In this document: one piece after another, positions 48,151 through 57,362 of the stretch | How positions within the stretch are numbered: the first letter of the stretch is position 1 | How the letters are laid out: each line of letters begins with the position of its first letter | Assembly (NCBI GenBank): GCA_022703375.1 | Contig: JAKLDS010000003.1 | Location: forward strand, 7,171-71,170 | Direction: 5' to 3' | Source of the DNA: Deltaproteobacteria bacterium | GTDB lineage: Bacteria > Desulfobacterota > Syntrophia > Syntrophales > Smithellaceae | DNA length: 64,000 bases | Made by a program: the position numbers and the translations under genes | The notes under the pieces: model-generated | The model's database searches: none | The model's input: the letters and a program-made list of their open reading frames with translations, nothing else | Told to the model about the DNA's origin: nothing

Positions 48151-49151
48151 AAGTCTCCTTCTTCGTAGCCGCGGGTCATGTAAAATGTTGCCAGATCAAA
48201 AAAAATCGTCATGCGTCTTTGCAATTCAAAAGTTACATACAGGTCAATGCTTTTATGCCATTCGCCCTGACTTAAGGCGATATCCCAAATGTGCCGCCGC
48301 AGCAGACTCAGCGCTGAGAGCGAAGCGCTGATTTTAAAGCCTTCCCGGCGCCTGTCTTTTCCCAGCTTTAAATAAAATATTTTCAGGCGATTAACTTCGT
48401 AAAGTCCGCCCAGCCAGAGAATAATCTGCGAAACCATTCTGTCGCAAAGGATATAAATTTTTTTGCGGTCATAATTATGGTATTGGCTGGTGGAAGGATT
48501 GGCAATCACTTCCTCTACCCACCGGTCATTAATTTTTTCCCTGCTTTTGATGATGACGTTAACCAGACGCTGCGTCAAGTCATTTTTTGCCTCCTCAGGC
48601 TTTTGCGAAGCCTGATTGCTCTGCTTAATGGAATCAACAACAGCCCAGTAATCTTTTTTGCTGTTGATATAAGCATCAATGGCGAATTTGTTGGGACGAA
48701 AAGCCAGCCGGGGTATTTTATCAGTGGGGAAAAAGCGGGCCTGTGCGCAATCATCGCCGGCGGTGAGGTCTCCGCCGATCTGTTCCACAACAAAAGTCAG
48801 AAAAAGCAAATCGCCGTAAAAACGGCTGTTGTACGAATGGACATCGAGCAGCCGCAGAACCCTTCCCCTGATGCCTGTTTCCTCCTCCAGTTCGCGCAGC
48901 GCCGCGTCTTCGATGCTTTCCCCGGCTTCGGCAAAGCCGGTCGGCAGGCACCATAAACCGCGCGACGGCCGGCGTCCGCGTTTTACCAGCAGAATATTGC
49001 GGAAAGAATCGAGAATTGATGATACCACCGGCAGCGGGTTTTCATAAAAGAAGCAATGGCAGTCAGGGCAATAGTCGCGCAGGACATTATCTTCCTCTTT
49101 TTTTACAATGCCCGCTCCGCAGTAAAGGCAATGCTGTCGTTTTTTTTTCAT
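48147..49151 (-). CDS. NUDIX hydrolase with an N-terminal NudC-type zinc ribbon and a C-terminal helical domain of about 160 aa (RsbR-N/sensor-globin-like?)
   Basis: CLYCG..CPDCHC zinc ribbon. Nudix box GLWCLPTGFAEAGESIEDAALRELEEETG. The C-terminal segment INDRWVEEVIANP...LLRRHIWDIAL has no catalytic motif that I recognise. Confidence 0.8.
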   Translation of the reverse strand: MKKKRQHCLYCGAGIVKKEEDNVLRDYCPDCHCFFYENPLPVVSSILDSFRNILLVKRGRRPSRGLWCLPTGFAEAGESIEDAALRELEEETGIRGRVLRLLDVHSYNSRFYGDLLFLTFVVEQIGGDLTAGDDCAQARFFPTDKIPRLAFRPNKFAIDAYINSKKDYWAVVDSIKQSNQASQKPEEAKNDLTQRLVNVIIKSREKINDRWVEEVIANPSTSQYHNYDRKKIYILCDRMVSQIILWLGGLYEVNRLKIFYLKLGKDRRREGFKISASLSALSLLRRHIWDIALSQGEWHKSIDLYVTFELQRRMTIFFDLATFYMTRGYEEGDL

Positions 49152-50008
49152 TTTCTTTTCTCCGGCGGCAAAGAATCAAAGCAGACAAAAATCCTGTCGT
49201 TCTTGCACATTGTGACGAAACTATTTTCATCGGCCGCCTTGTAAAGTTCATCCATTAATTCGTCAATGAGCAGCGCCGCAACGGCCTTTGTTCCCATCAG
49301 AAAGAAAGGGCTTTTAAAATGGAAATATTCGGCAAAAAAATTAATATCAGCCGGGCGGAAATAAAGAGAATTATTAAAATCAACCGTCATTATCCGGGAA
49401 AAAAACGGATTGAGCAAATTCCGTCCGTTTTCACCGGAAAACTGCCTGACGATATTTTCCACCGGCAGCGGTTTCTGTTCATCATGCAACCCGTTTTGCC
49501 GCATAACCAGCTTTGTAATACGGACGAGTTCCTGCATGTTGTCCTCGCAATGCGTTATGGCGATAAAAATGCCGTCTTTTGTAAGCAGGCGCACGATGTC
49601 GGGAATCATTTGCGGGAAAAAATATAAAGCATAGCTGCAGATGATTAAGTCAAAGGAATCCCGGGGGTAATCCTTGATCTGATTGATGCCGGAAGAGGAA
49701 AATTCTCCGGCGTAGCCGGCTTTATGGCAGGCATCAATAAAGAAGGATTCATACTGCGGAACAATGTCGAGCCCCGTTATTTTTGCCCCTTCATGTAGCT
49801 TGCCCTGGAGGGCTTCGGTAAATGAACCGAATGCGCAGCCCAATTCCAGCACGTTTCGGCAGTTGGATAAATCGGCTTGCGCCAGCGCAATATGGCGAAT
49901 ATCATTTTTATTCGTGGAGAATTGCCGGATTAATTGTTCAATCAGGCGGTGCATTTCCACTTTCTTGAACACCTGCAGAATCTTTTTTTTGTCCACGGAT
50001 TCCGGCAT
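49148..50008 (-). CDS. Class I SAM-dependent methyltransferase
   Basis: Motif I VLELGCAFGSFT, with acidic residues GLDIV and DLIICSY downstream. ATG at 50008 follows GAGGGGAG. The ORF track starts at a TTG at 50026. The stop overlaps the NUDIX start by 4 nt. Confidence 0.8.
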   Translation of the reverse strand: MPESVDKKKILQVFKKVEMHRLIEQLIRQFSTNKNDIRHIALAQADLSNCRNVLELGCAFGSFTEALQGKLHEGAKITGLDIVPQYESFFIDACHKAGYAGEFSSSGINQIKDYPRDSFDLIICSYALYFFPQMIPDIVRLLTKDGIFIAITHCEDNMQELVRITKLVMRQNGLHDEQKPLPVENIVRQFSGENGRNLLNPFFSRIMTVDFNNSLYFRPADINFFAEYFHFKSPFFLMGTKAVAALLIDELMDELYKAADENSFVTMCKNDRIFVCFDSLPPEKRK

Positions 50009-50036
50009 AAGCAAAACTCCCCTCAATGCGTGTGCT

Positions 50037-50477
50037 TCATTCCTCTAAGGCCATAATCTTGGCGACTCTTCTTTCGTGCCTGCCTTTCTCAAAGACGGTA
50101 TTCATGAATTTGTCAATCATGTCTGTCACCGGCGTACAATATTTGACTCTGCCGCCCAGGGCGATGAAGTTGGCGTTATTATGCGCCCTGGCCATTTCCG
50201 CGGTAAAGAGGTCATACACCTGCGCGCAGCGGATTCCTGTTATTTTATTGGCAGCCATTGCGATGCCGATGCCTGTTCCGCAAAACAGAATGCCGAAATC
50301 GTAACCGCCTTTTTTGAATTCTTCCGCTGCCCGCGCCGCGATATCAGGGTAATCAACCGCATCTGCGGAATTTACGCCCAGATCATTGACGGTGCAGTTT
50401 TTTGTTTTTAAGAAGGCGCTGACCTCGTTTTTCAGGTCAACCGCGCCGTGATCGGAGGCGATGACGATTTTTTTCAT
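50037..50477 (-). CDS. rpiB: Ribose-5-phosphate isomerase B (RpiB/LacAB family)
   Basis: KIVIASDHGAVDLK and CGTGIGIAMAANK motifs. 146 aa. Confidence 0.9.
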   Translation of the reverse strand: MKKIVIASDHGAVDLKNEVSAFLKTKNCTVNDLGVNSADAVDYPDIAARAAEEFKKGGYDFGILFCGTGIGIAMAANKITGIRCAQVYDLFTAEMARAHNNANFIALGGRVKYCTPVTDMIDKFMNTVFEKGRHERRVAKIMALEE

Positions 50478-50584
50478 GGCGTTTCTCCGGAATATGGTTT
50501 TTATGTGTCTGATTTTTACAGTTTTTGCAAATAAGTCAACAAAAAATCTTTGCCAAGATTAACTATTTCCTATAAACATTAACC

Positions 50585-51472
50585 ATGCAGAAGGAAATTG
50601 ATGAATATCTCAGTTACCTGTTGATTGAGAGGGGCGTCGCCCAAAATACGCTCGAATCATATCGCCTTGATTTGCATCGTTTTATTTCATATTTTGCCGA
50701 AAAAGGCAAAACGGACCCGGGTAAGGTACTTGCCCAGGATATTATCGAATATCTGGTATGGCTGAAAGATAAGGGTCTTGCTGCTACATCCATGAACCGC
50801 GTGCTGGCCGCGCTGCGGGGATTTTATAAATATTTACTGAGGGAAAAAGCGATTGCTGAGACGCCACTGGCTCATATCGAGCTGGCCAAGGTGTGGATGA
50901 GGCTGCCCGATACGCTGAGCAAGGAAGAAATGAATCTGATTCTGGCGCAGCCCGGAAGGGAAACTGTTCAGGCCAGGCGCGACAGCGCCATGCTGGAGCT
51001 TTTGTATGCCACGGGCATTCGTGTTTCGGAATTGATAAATCTGAAAATGAGCAGTATCAATTGGCAGGTCGGTTTTTTGCTTGTCATGGGGAAGGGCGGC
51101 AAAGAGAGAATTGTACCCATCGGTAAAACAGCATATGATTGCGTGAAACAGTATATTGATGAAGCCCGGCCGCAACTGTTGCAAAAGAATAACAGTGATA
51201 ATTTGTTTTTGAATCGTTTCGGCAATAAATTTACCAGGCAGGGATTCTGGAAAATAGTTGTCCGTTATGCTAAAAAGGCGTTATTGCAGAAAAAAGTGCA
51301 TCCCCACACTTTCCGCCATTCTTTCGCGTCTCATCTGCTGGAAGGCGGCGCGGATTTGCGTTCCGTGCAGATTATGCTGGGGCATGCCGATATTTCCACG
51401 ACGCAGATTTACACGCATATTACGCGGGAGAGGCTAAGGGAAATACATCGCCGGTTCCATCCGCGCGGTTGA
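50585..51472 (+). CDS. xerD: Tyrosine site-specific recombinase XerD
   Basis: Close match by eye to E. coli XerD: AMLELLYATGIRVSEL, HPHTFRHSFASHLLEGGADLRSVQIMLGHADISTTQIYTH, and a C-terminal HPRG. Confidence 0.85.
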   Translation: MQKEIDEYLSYLLIERGVAQNTLESYRLDLHRFISYFAEKGKTDPGKVLAQDIIEYLVWLKDKGLAATSMNRVLAALRGFYKYLLREKAIAETPLAHIELAKVWMRLPDTLSKEEMNLILAQPGRETVQARRDSAMLELLYATGIRVSELINLKMSSINWQVGFLLVMGKGGKERIVPIGKTAYDCVKQYIDEARPQLLQKNNSDNLFLNRFGNKFTRQGFWKIVVRYAKKALLQKKVHPHTFRHSFASHLLEGGADLRSVQIMLGHADISTTQIYTHITRERLREIHRRFHPRG

Positions 51473-51534
51473 CGGGATGTCAGACACGGGGCAAGGGTAT
51501 CTTTACAGTGATTGCGGGAAATAAAAATAAAATC

Positions 51535-53475
51535 ATGGCGGCGGCAATTATTACGGCCGTAATTATCATCTTCATTGTCGCCCTGTTTCTCTTTATGCCG
51601 CGGGCTTCCGGTTCGCTGGCTTTCGGGATGACGCGAATTAAAAATGCTTTTTCTTATTATATTTTGAATGCCCGGCCGCATTTTTACTACCTGGAAATGG
51701 AAAAAAACGGCAAAGAACTGCGGTTATCTTCCGCCGCCGCGCTGGAGGTTACTTACCGTGATGAATTTGTCGTGCGCTCCGTTGTCAGTGACGACTGGCG
51801 GGAAAGATACACGGCGGTGAATGTCGAAGGCTACGCCAGCGGAAAGAATCATCTTAACGTGCCTCTCAAAGGAATTGTTCTGGTCAACAGGGTAATGGAG
51901 ACCGGCACGCAAAGCCGGGATGCCGGAATTGCCGCTGATTATTATATTCAGATTTATCACCGCGGCGAAAAACTGGCGCGCGTGCCTCTGCGTGTCGTCA
52001 TTACGCCGCAGGACTGGCTGCGCCTGGCGAAAGATTCGACTAATGTCCGGGTGCAGATTCAGTTTCTGAAAAAAGCGCTGGAACTGAACAAAGAAGATAC
52101 CAGTGTGCGAAAAATTCTCGCCGGTATCTATTTTAAGCTGGACAGGCTGGACGAGGCCATTTTTTATTATAAGGAAAGCCTGAAACTGAAGCCGGATGAT
52201 GTTTTTGCGTTAAATGAACTGGCCAGGTGCTATCTGAAAAAAAAGCAGTATGACGAGGCTATTGCGGTGGCGCGCTCGGTTCTTTCCATCAACCCGCGGG
52301 AAGCGCAGGCTCATGCCAATCTGGGTTTCGGCCTGGGCGAAAAAGGGCAATGGGCTCCGGCTGCCGCAAGCTACCGCCAGGCGGTTGATCTGGAGCCGGA
52401 TAACCATGTGATGCGTTTTAAGCTGGGTGAAGCCTACGAAAGATTGAACAAATATGCCGCGGCGATTGCGGAATACAAATATATTGTGGAAAAAGACAAA
52501 AACTTTGATGCTGCGTTAATGGCCCTGGCGGATGTCAGCTTAAAAACCAGAAAGTACGACGAGGCGATTACCTGGTACAGGGAAATTATTAGAAGAAAGC
52601 CGAAACTGGCGGCGGCATATGCCAACCTAGCCCTGGCTTATGCAGGCAAGGGGCAGGGCAGAGAAGAAATCGAAAATCTGCAAAAGGCCGCCCGGTTAAG
52701 CCCCGATCAGCCAGTTATCCGTTTTAATCTGGGTACGGCTTATGAAAAAAGAAAAATGTACGGGGAAGCCGCTGCCGAATATGAGCAGGCTCTGAAGATT
52801 AAACCTGATGACGCCGACACGCTGGAACGACTGGCTGATCTGTCCGGCAAAAATAAAAATTACGAACAGGCGATTAAATATTATGAAAAGCTGGCGAAAA
52901 TGTATCCGAGGAAAGCAGCTGTTTTTTCTCAGCTCGGTTTTGCCTACGGTGAACTGAAAAACTACGCCGCCTCCGCGCAGAATTACGAAAAGGCCATTAA
53001 AAACGGCGCGAAAAGTTCCGCTCTGCATTATAATCTTGCGTATACTTACGGCAAACTGGGGCGGGAAAAGGAAGCGATTGCCCAATACGAAAAAACCAAT
53101 CCTCTGACCAAAGAAGTCATGGCGATTATCGCTTCCTATTACTTAAAAGAAAAGAAGTACAGTACCGCCATCTCCTATTATAAAAAGCTGCAGGCACTGG
53201 AACCGAAAAAGGCTTCATCTTATGGCAGCCTGGGTTACGCTTATGCCGCTTCCGGCAACTGGGACAAAGCTATCGAAAATTACCTGGCCGCTTTAAAAAT
53301 TGAACGTGAAGACGATGAGCTTTACGCCAATCTGGGAGAAGCCTATGAAAAAAAGGGCTTGTACCAGGAAGCGCTTAAAGCTTACACTCATGCCTACGAG
53401 ATTAATCCGGAATCGCCGCGGGCGGTCAGAAGAATACCGCGCCTGAAAATATTAATGCTGCAGAAGAAAAAATAG
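51535..53475 (+). CDS. Membrane-anchored TPR-repeat protein with an unassigned N-terminal domain of about 150 aa
   Basis: TM helix AAAIITAVIIIFIVALFLF followed by about 13 canonical 34-aa TPRs (A..Y..AL.L.P....A...LG). The start is uncertain: TTG 51469, GTG 51508 or ATG 51535. Confidence 0.8.
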   Translation: MAAAIITAVIIIFIVALFLFMPRASGSLAFGMTRIKNAFSYYILNARPHFYYLEMEKNGKELRLSSAAALEVTYRDEFVVRSVVSDDWRERYTAVNVEGYASGKNHLNVPLKGIVLVNRVMETGTQSRDAGIAADYYIQIYHRGEKLARVPLRVVITPQDWLRLAKDSTNVRVQIQFLKKALELNKEDTSVRKILAGIYFKLDRLDEAIFYYKESLKLKPDDVFALNELARCYLKKKQYDEAIAVARSVLSINPREAQAHANLGFGLGEKGQWAPAAASYRQAVDLEPDNHVMRFKLGEAYERLNKYAAAIAEYKYIVEKDKNFDAALMALADVSLKTRKYDEAITWYREIIRRKPKLAAAYANLALAYAGKGQGREEIENLQKAARLSPDQPVIRFNLGTAYEKRKMYGEAAAEYEQALKIKPDDADTLERLADLSGKNKNYEQAIKYYEKLAKMYPRKAAVFSQLGFAYGELKNYAASAQNYEKAIKNGAKSSALHYNLAYTYGKLGREKEAIAQYEKTNPLTKEVMAIIASYYLKEKKYSTAISYYKKLQALEPKKASSYGSLGYAYAASGNWDKAIENYLAALKIEREDDELYANLGEAYEKKGLYQEALKAYTHAYEINPESPRAVRRIPRLKILMLQKKK

Positions 53476-53497
53476 AAATAAAGGAGTTATCCGGGAA

Positions 53498-54319
53498 ATG
53501 AAAGAAGTCAAAATTGGCGGTATAACAGTCGGTGGTTCAACCGGTTTTGTTTTGATAGCGGGGCCGTGTGTCATTGAAAATGAAACAGCTACCCTGGAAA
53601 CGGCGCAATACCTGAAAGAGCTGACGGCAAAGCTGGCCATCCCCTTTATCTTTAAAGCATCCTATGACAAAGCCAACCGCACGTCGTTGAAATCCTATCG
53701 CGGCCCCGGCTTCCGGGAAGGCCTCTCCATCCTGAAAACGGTTAAAGAGAAGCTTGGTGTGCCGCTGCTTTCCGATGTCCACAGATTTGAAGAAATTGAG
53801 GCGGCGGCGGGCGTGCTGGATGTGTTGCAGGTGCCGGCCTTTCTCTGCCGCCAGACTGATTTTATCATGGAAGTGGCGGGCCGCGCGAAAGTTATCAATA
53901 TTAAGAAAGGGCAGTTTCTGGCTCCGTGGGATGTTGCCAATATCATCGCCAAGGCGGAAGCCGCCGGTAATAAAAATATCATGATTACCGAAAGAGGAAC
54001 TTCCTTCGGCTATAATAATCTTGTCTTTGATGTCCGTTCTCTGCCGATAATGCGGGATATGGGTTATCCGGTGATTTTTGATGCGACACATGCCGTACAA
54101 CTGCCGGGGGGCGCGGGCGAAGTGTCAGGAGGACAGCGGGACATGGTGACTTATCTGGCGCGAGCGGCAGTGGCCGCCGCGGCAGACGGCATCTTTCTGG
54201 AAGTTCATTGCGATCCGGAAAAAGCGCTGTGCGACGGCGCTAATTCGCTTTACCTGTCGTCACTCGAGGGACTGCTTACGACTTTGAAAAAAATAGATGC
54301 ACTGGTGAAAGAGAAATAA
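53498..54319 (+). CDS. kdsA: 3-deoxy-8-phosphooctulonate (Kdo-8-P) synthase
   Basis: 273 aa with FKASYDKANRTS, VLQVPAFLCRQTD and IFDATHAVQ motifs. Confidence 0.95.
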   Translation: MKEVKIGGITVGGSTGFVLIAGPCVIENETATLETAQYLKELTAKLAIPFIFKASYDKANRTSLKSYRGPGFREGLSILKTVKEKLGVPLLSDVHRFEEIEAAAGVLDVLQVPAFLCRQTDFIMEVAGRAKVINIKKGQFLAPWDVANIIAKAEAAGNKNIMITERGTSFGYNNLVFDVRSLPIMRDMGYPVIFDATHAVQLPGGAGEVSGGQRDMVTYLARAAVAAAADGIFLEVHCDPEKALCDGANSLYLSSLEGLLTTLKKIDALVKEK

Positions 54320-54456
54320 TTATCCGGCGCCGGGGAAAATTGCGTAACAACAGATAATAATTTTCTGATATTGCGTGGTGATAAGCAATATTATAATATT
54401 AACGGCAAAAATTATGATAAAAGCAGCATTAATCAGGCAAAAAAAGGGAGAAGTGT

Positions 54457-55197
54457 ATGAAAAAAACAATTTTTTCCATCATGTGTTGCCTGCTTTTCTG
54501 GACGGGGTTGACGATGGCTGCTGAAAATAATTTCGCAATCGACAAAATCAAGACAACAAAGGGTGATCTGACAATATCATTTATCGGTCATGCGACTTTA
54601 ATGATGCATTTTGACGGCAAGGTCATCTATATAGATCCGGTTTCCCGATATGCCGATTATACAAAAATGCCGAAAGCTGATTTGATTCTTATTACTCATG
54701 AGCATACAGATCATTTCGACCTCAAAACGATAGACATCATCAAAACGGAGAAAACCACGGCAGTTGTTACAGAAATAGTCGCCCGGCAGCTGAAAGGCGG
54801 AATTATCCTGAAAAACGGCGAGGAGAAGATAGTCGGCGGGTTGAAAATCGAAGCCGTGCCCGCCTATAATATTGTTCATATGCGCAGCCCCGGCGTTCCC
54901 TTCCACGGCAAAGGCACTGGCAACGGCTATATTATTACCTTTGGCGACAAGCGTCTGTACATTGCGGGGGACACGGAAAATACTCCGGAAATGAAGAACC
55001 TCCGTAATATTGATATCGCCTTTCTGCCGATGAATGTACCCTATACGATGACTCCGGAGATGGTTGCCGATGCAGCCAAAGCCTTCCGGCCGGGAATTCT
55101 TTACCCGTATCATTACGGCAATACGGACACACAGAAACTCATTGACCTCATTAAAAATGAGAAAAATATCGAAGTGCGCATCCGCAAAATGATGTAA
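54457..55197 (+). CDS. Exported MBL-fold metallo-hydrolase
   Basis: Signal peptide MKKTIFSIMCCLLFWTGLTMA and the HxHxDH motif THEHTDHFD. Confidence 0.8.
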   Translation: MKKTIFSIMCCLLFWTGLTMAAENNFAIDKIKTTKGDLTISFIGHATLMMHFDGKVIYIDPVSRYADYTKMPKADLILITHEHTDHFDLKTIDIIKTEKTTAVVTEIVARQLKGGIILKNGEEKIVGGLKIEAVPAYNIVHMRSPGVPFHGKGTGNGYIITFGDKRLYIAGDTENTPEMKNLRNIDIAFLPMNVPYTMTPEMVADAAKAFRPGILYPYHYGNTDTQKLIDLIKNEKNIEVRIRKMM

Positions 55198-55214
55198 TAT
55201 TTTTTATATAGGTA

Positions 55215-55243
55215 TTGACAGACCGGCCGAACTTCTTTATATT
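55215..55243 (+). promoter_or_regulatory. Sigma-70 promoter upstream of phaC
   Basis: TTGACA (55215..55220), a 17-nt spacer, then TATATT (55238..55243). About 240 nt upstream of the phaC ATG. Confidence 0.6.
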
Positions 55244-55483
55244 TTAACCGGCATAGCGGGAATTCTTCTCTATTGCCCTTGGGAAGGGGGTCTCTATGAA
55301 AAGACGAATTTATTTTCGTCTGCACGGCCTTTCATTTCAGTTTCTTTCAGGTTTCTTTTATAATCTTTCAGTTGAAAATCTGCATATCAAATTCAGAGTG
55401 TTTATCATGCCCTGCCGGCAGGGAGGGGCCGGGCAGTTGCATGTTTATAATTTTAAATGATTTATTAATGCGAGGAGGGGGAA

Positions 55484-57358
55484 ATGAAAGAGCAAAAAGA
55501 ATTAAAGAAAGCGGAGGATATTGCTGAAACAAACGATGCGGAATTTATCAACCGTCATGTAGAGCTGCAATTGCAGGCCCTGCAGAAAATAATTCAGCTG
55601 TTCGCGATTATTACCAATTCCGACAAGCCTTTGGCTATTCCGGATCCCAAACTGGTGTGGAAATCAATTTTACCGCTTTTCAATCCGGCCTTATTGAATC
55701 CTAACAGAATAGTGGAAATGTCCAATGATCTGATGGTGAAATTAGCCGCCGTTTCTTCCCGGATATTAGACCACCATTTACTCCAGCAGGAAATGCTGGA
55801 AAAAACAGTCAAAAAAGATAAGCGATTCCAGAGCGAATTGTGGACTAAGGAAATGTATTCCGATTTCATTTCCGATACCTATCTGATGCTGAGTGATTGG
55901 TTGACCGAATACAGCAAATCCATACCATTAGATGACGACAAGGGGAAAAAACGATTGATCTTCTTTACCCGGCAGGTTATCAGCGCCCTGTCGCCGGCTA
56001 ATTTCCTGATTACCAATCCCGAAGCAGTAAAAGAAGGTGTGGAGACCAGAGGCCTTTCATTACTCAAGGGGATGAACAGCCTGCTGGATGATTTAATCGC
56101 CGGGGAAGGCCGCCTTCAGCTGAAGCTGACGGATATGACGAAATTTGAACACGGCAAAAATGTGGCGCTGACGGAGGGCAGCGTTGTCTATCAGAATGAT
56201 CTGATGCAGTTGATTCAATACAAGGCAACCACCGCTGAAGTTTATGATACGCCCCTGCTTTTTATACCGGCCTGGATAAACAAATACTACATTTTTGATT
56301 TAACGCCGCGCAATTCCTTCATTCAGTGGGCGGTCAACAAGGGCCATACCGTGTTTTGCATATCATGGGTAAATCCGACCAAAGAACTGGAAAATAAGAA
56401 TTTCGCCGATTACGTAACGGAAGGACCGCTGGCGGCAATCGAAGTCATTCAAAATATCACCGGCGCGAAAAAAGTTAATATTATCGGTTATTGCATCGGC
56501 GGCACGCTGCTGGCCAGCACACTTGCCTATGCGGCGGCGAAAAAGGACGACCGCATCCAAAGCGCCACAACTCTGGCTTCTTTGACTGATTTCAGCGAAC
56601 CCGGCGATATCGGAGCTTTCCTGGAAGAAGACCAGATTCAGCAAATAGAAAAATACATGGAAGAAAAAGGGTATCTGGAAGGATTTTCGATGGCCACGAT
56701 GTTCAATATGCTGAGGGAAAACGATCTCATCTGGTCCAATGTAAAAAATCAATATCTGCTGGGGCGCGACCCCATGCCGTTTGATTTGCTTTTCTGGAAC
56801 TCCGATGCGACCAATATGCCCCGCGCCATGCAGAGCTTTTACCTCCAGAATATGTATCTGAAAAACAAGCTCAAAGATGTGGGCGGCATAACGATCAACG
56901 GGGTTCCCCTGAACCTGCGCGATATCAAAGTGCCCTATTATATCGTCGCCACAATTGATGATCATATTGCCCTTTGGACATCTGTATTCAAGACGGCCCA
57001 ATTATTGACGGCGCCGACGAGATTCGTTTTGGGCGGCTCCGGGCATATCGCCGGAGTCATAAATCCGGAGGCGGCCAACAAATATTGCTATTGGACGAAT
57101 CCCCAGATTCCCAAGAGCGCCAAAGAATGGCTGGAAAACGCGCAGCAGATCATGGGTTCCTGGTGGAAAGACTGGGCCGTGTGGGCCGATAAATTAAACG
57201 GCGGGAAAAAGGTGCCGGCCAGAAAAGTCGGCAACAAGAAATACGAACCTCTGGAGCCCGCTCCCGGTTCGTACGTAAAAGTCAGCTGGAAAGATAAAAA
57301 ACCGGCGGCGAAGACCCGGCCGAAGGCGGCCCGGCAATCGGCAGCGAAGAAAAAGTAA
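55484..57358 (+). CDS. phaC: Class I poly(3-hydroxyalkanoate) synthase
   Basis: 624 aa. Lipase-box-like GYCIGGT with the catalytic Cys, and the PhaC N-terminal domain. Unusual Lys/Ala-rich C-terminal tail KKPAAKTRPKAARQSAAKKK. Confidence 0.9.
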   Translation: MKEQKELKKAEDIAETNDAEFINRHVELQLQALQKIIQLFAIITNSDKPLAIPDPKLVWKSILPLFNPALLNPNRIVEMSNDLMVKLAAVSSRILDHHLLQQEMLEKTVKKDKRFQSELWTKEMYSDFISDTYLMLSDWLTEYSKSIPLDDDKGKKRLIFFTRQVISALSPANFLITNPEAVKEGVETRGLSLLKGMNSLLDDLIAGEGRLQLKLTDMTKFEHGKNVALTEGSVVYQNDLMQLIQYKATTAEVYDTPLLFIPAWINKYYIFDLTPRNSFIQWAVNKGHTVFCISWVNPTKELENKNFADYVTEGPLAAIEVIQNITGAKKVNIIGYCIGGTLLASTLAYAAAKKDDRIQSATTLASLTDFSEPGDIGAFLEEDQIQQIEKYMEEKGYLEGFSMATMFNMLRENDLIWSNVKNQYLLGRDPMPFDLLFWNSDATNMPRAMQSFYLQNMYLKNKLKDVGGITINGVPLNLRDIKVPYYIVATIDDHIALWTSVFKTAQLLTAPTRFVLGGSGHIAGVINPEAANKYCYWTNPQIPKSAKEWLENAQQIMGSWWKDWAVWADKLNGGKKVPARKVGNKKYEPLEPAPGSYVKVSWKDKKPAAKTRPKAARQSAAKKK

Positions 57359-57362
57359 TATC

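Noticed and set aside
55296-55457. 53-aa ORF (MKRRIYFRLHGLSFQF...) with a GGGGG RBS in the phaC leader
   Set aside because: It shows no family resemblance and its composition is odd. It overlaps several hairpins (AGACGAA/TTCGTCT, CCTGCCGGCAGG). Sequence alone cannot separate it from a structured 5' UTR.
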